From: Macrostomum lignano
Taxonomy: Eukaryota
Direction: 5' to 3'
DNA: 64,000 bases
Assembly: GCA_002269645.1 (NCBI GenBank)
Contig: NIVC01000224.1
Location: 277,127 to 341,126 of the forward strand
In this document: piece by piece, positions 62,776 to 64,000 of the stretch
Layout: every line of letters begins with the position of its first letter
Position numbering within the stretch: position 1 is the stretch's first letter
Notes under the pieces: generated by a model
Database searches by the model: none
What the model saw: the letters and a program-made list of their open reading frames with translations, nothing else
What the model was told of the DNA's origin: nothing
Program-made: the position numbers and the translations under genes

Positions 62776-64000
62776 AGCAAAAATGCCTTTGTCAAAAATG
62801 CCTTTCTTCTAGCCTTCAAAGTATGCTCATTAGGCATCGAACCGTGTAAATGCATTGAAGCATATCAGATTGCAGAAGCAAGCACAGAGTAGACTGTACT
62901 TCCCTGTCCTTGACAACCAGAGGAGAGAGAGAGAGTTATGCATTCATGGGAGCTGATAGCAATGCTGGCAGAGGCGTGTAGCCCCCCTCAGCCAGGGCTA
63001 TTCCAGTGCAGCCTCTATTTACACAGCTGTCTACGCATATAAAGAAGTCTTGGCATGCTTGTAAAGTAATGTCAACTCTCCTCAACTGTTTTATTGCACG
63101 TCAGCAGATCACAGTAATGTGTGTCTTGTATTATTCTTCAAGCTATATAGTCTTACGTGTTCGTATATAGAATTATTTTACTGCATATATACTTTTTGGT
63201 TTAAAAGCATTACACTGAGTTGGTCATTTCCGTCTACAGAGGCTAAGTGTCTCGATTTTTTAGCGGTTTGCATAAATAATTTAAAGATTTCCACGCGGTC
63301 CTTTTATACAATACTCATCTGAGACTGTGCAGCATTTGTGATGGGAATCCAGAAAAAAAATCCAACATTTCACCTCCTTTTACGCTTGAATAAATATTCC
63401 GCCTGTAATAAATATCCCCCACTGTTGCAAAACATCGGGGGGGAGAGATCTGTCCCAATCTGCAGATTTCGTCTCTTATGATGGTCCGTGTGTTGAATTC
63501 TTGATGGGAGTTGAGAATTTTGCCATCTCCTAATCCTATCGGCCGTCTGTGACCGATAGGATGGCGATTAGCATGCGTGTCTGCAGGCCGCCAAAGCGCG
63601 GGTTCCGGAACGCAACAGCTGGTTTTGGAATAAAAATGCTCAGCTTCATAACAAAATGCAGCTATGGAAGAGAAGCAAATGGGTAGATAGTGAATTAATC
63701 CCCCAGCTTCATCTGCAAAGAGCAGCTGGAGAAGAGCAAAATGAGCCGGTCCTGTCATGCAAAAAATGAAAACCTCTTACAGTTCAAAATCCACATGTTT
63801 TCTTTGACAGCTCTCTGTCATCAAGTAGAAAGCCAGAGTGCAGTGCAACACGCGACTCGGCTCAAGAAAAAGTCATTTCAAATCAACTGGAAATTTAATC
63901 AGCAAGACGAGCAACGATCTCGTCATCCAATGAGAGCGCCCTACTAATAATAATATTTATTCCTGGCCCAGAGCTATAGTTCAGCCACATCAAAGCTAGG

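Noticed and set aside
61340-63045. ctacgcatataaa present at ~61348 and ~63031 on both sides of the right 28-bp array
   Set aside because: Does not abut the array ends, so it is not a TSD; too short to call a promoter.
63315-63947. 147-aa and 68-aa ORFs at the right edge
   Set aside because: No recognisable domain, splice partner or coding-like composition.

Overview
Eukaryotic, intron-containing genomic DNA. GC/CpG-rich exons, AT-rich gene 5' regions and a different minisatellite in almost every intron suggest a free-living flatworm such as Macrostomum lignano; this is inferred from composition, not proven. Seven spliced genes could be rebuilt by hand with GT-AG boundaries and consistent reading phases: POLR3E/RPC5 (-, 5' part only, runs off the left edge), CEP70 (-, 4 exons, ~681 aa), a 7-repeat protocadherin (+, 3-4 exons), ARMH1 (-, 4 exons, ~426 aa), CCT5 (+, 6 exons, ~553 aa), GET4 (+, 2 exons, ~320 aa), and a B-box-less RING/coiled-coil/NHL-like propeller protein with a polybasic CaaX tail (-, 2 exons, ~649 aa). 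Mobile DNA includes a 1.1-kb element with 30-bp TIRs and an 8-bp TSD (Merlin-like), and a tRNA-derived SINE with a CORE/Meta-like central domain. About 30 distinct tandem arrays account for most long ORFs in the supplied track, and these are not genes. Best leads: the putatively prenylated RING-propeller ligase, bracketed by two inverted arrays of one 28-bp repeat; sharply bounded CpG-void domains just downstream of first exons, one hiding a decayed Ala/Thr/Asn reading frame; inverted (GACA)n/(TGTC)n tracts around a protocadherin exon; and a ~1-kb array of AP-1 motifs. Gene names come from recalled similarity to human orthologues, not from a database search. Counts are by eye.
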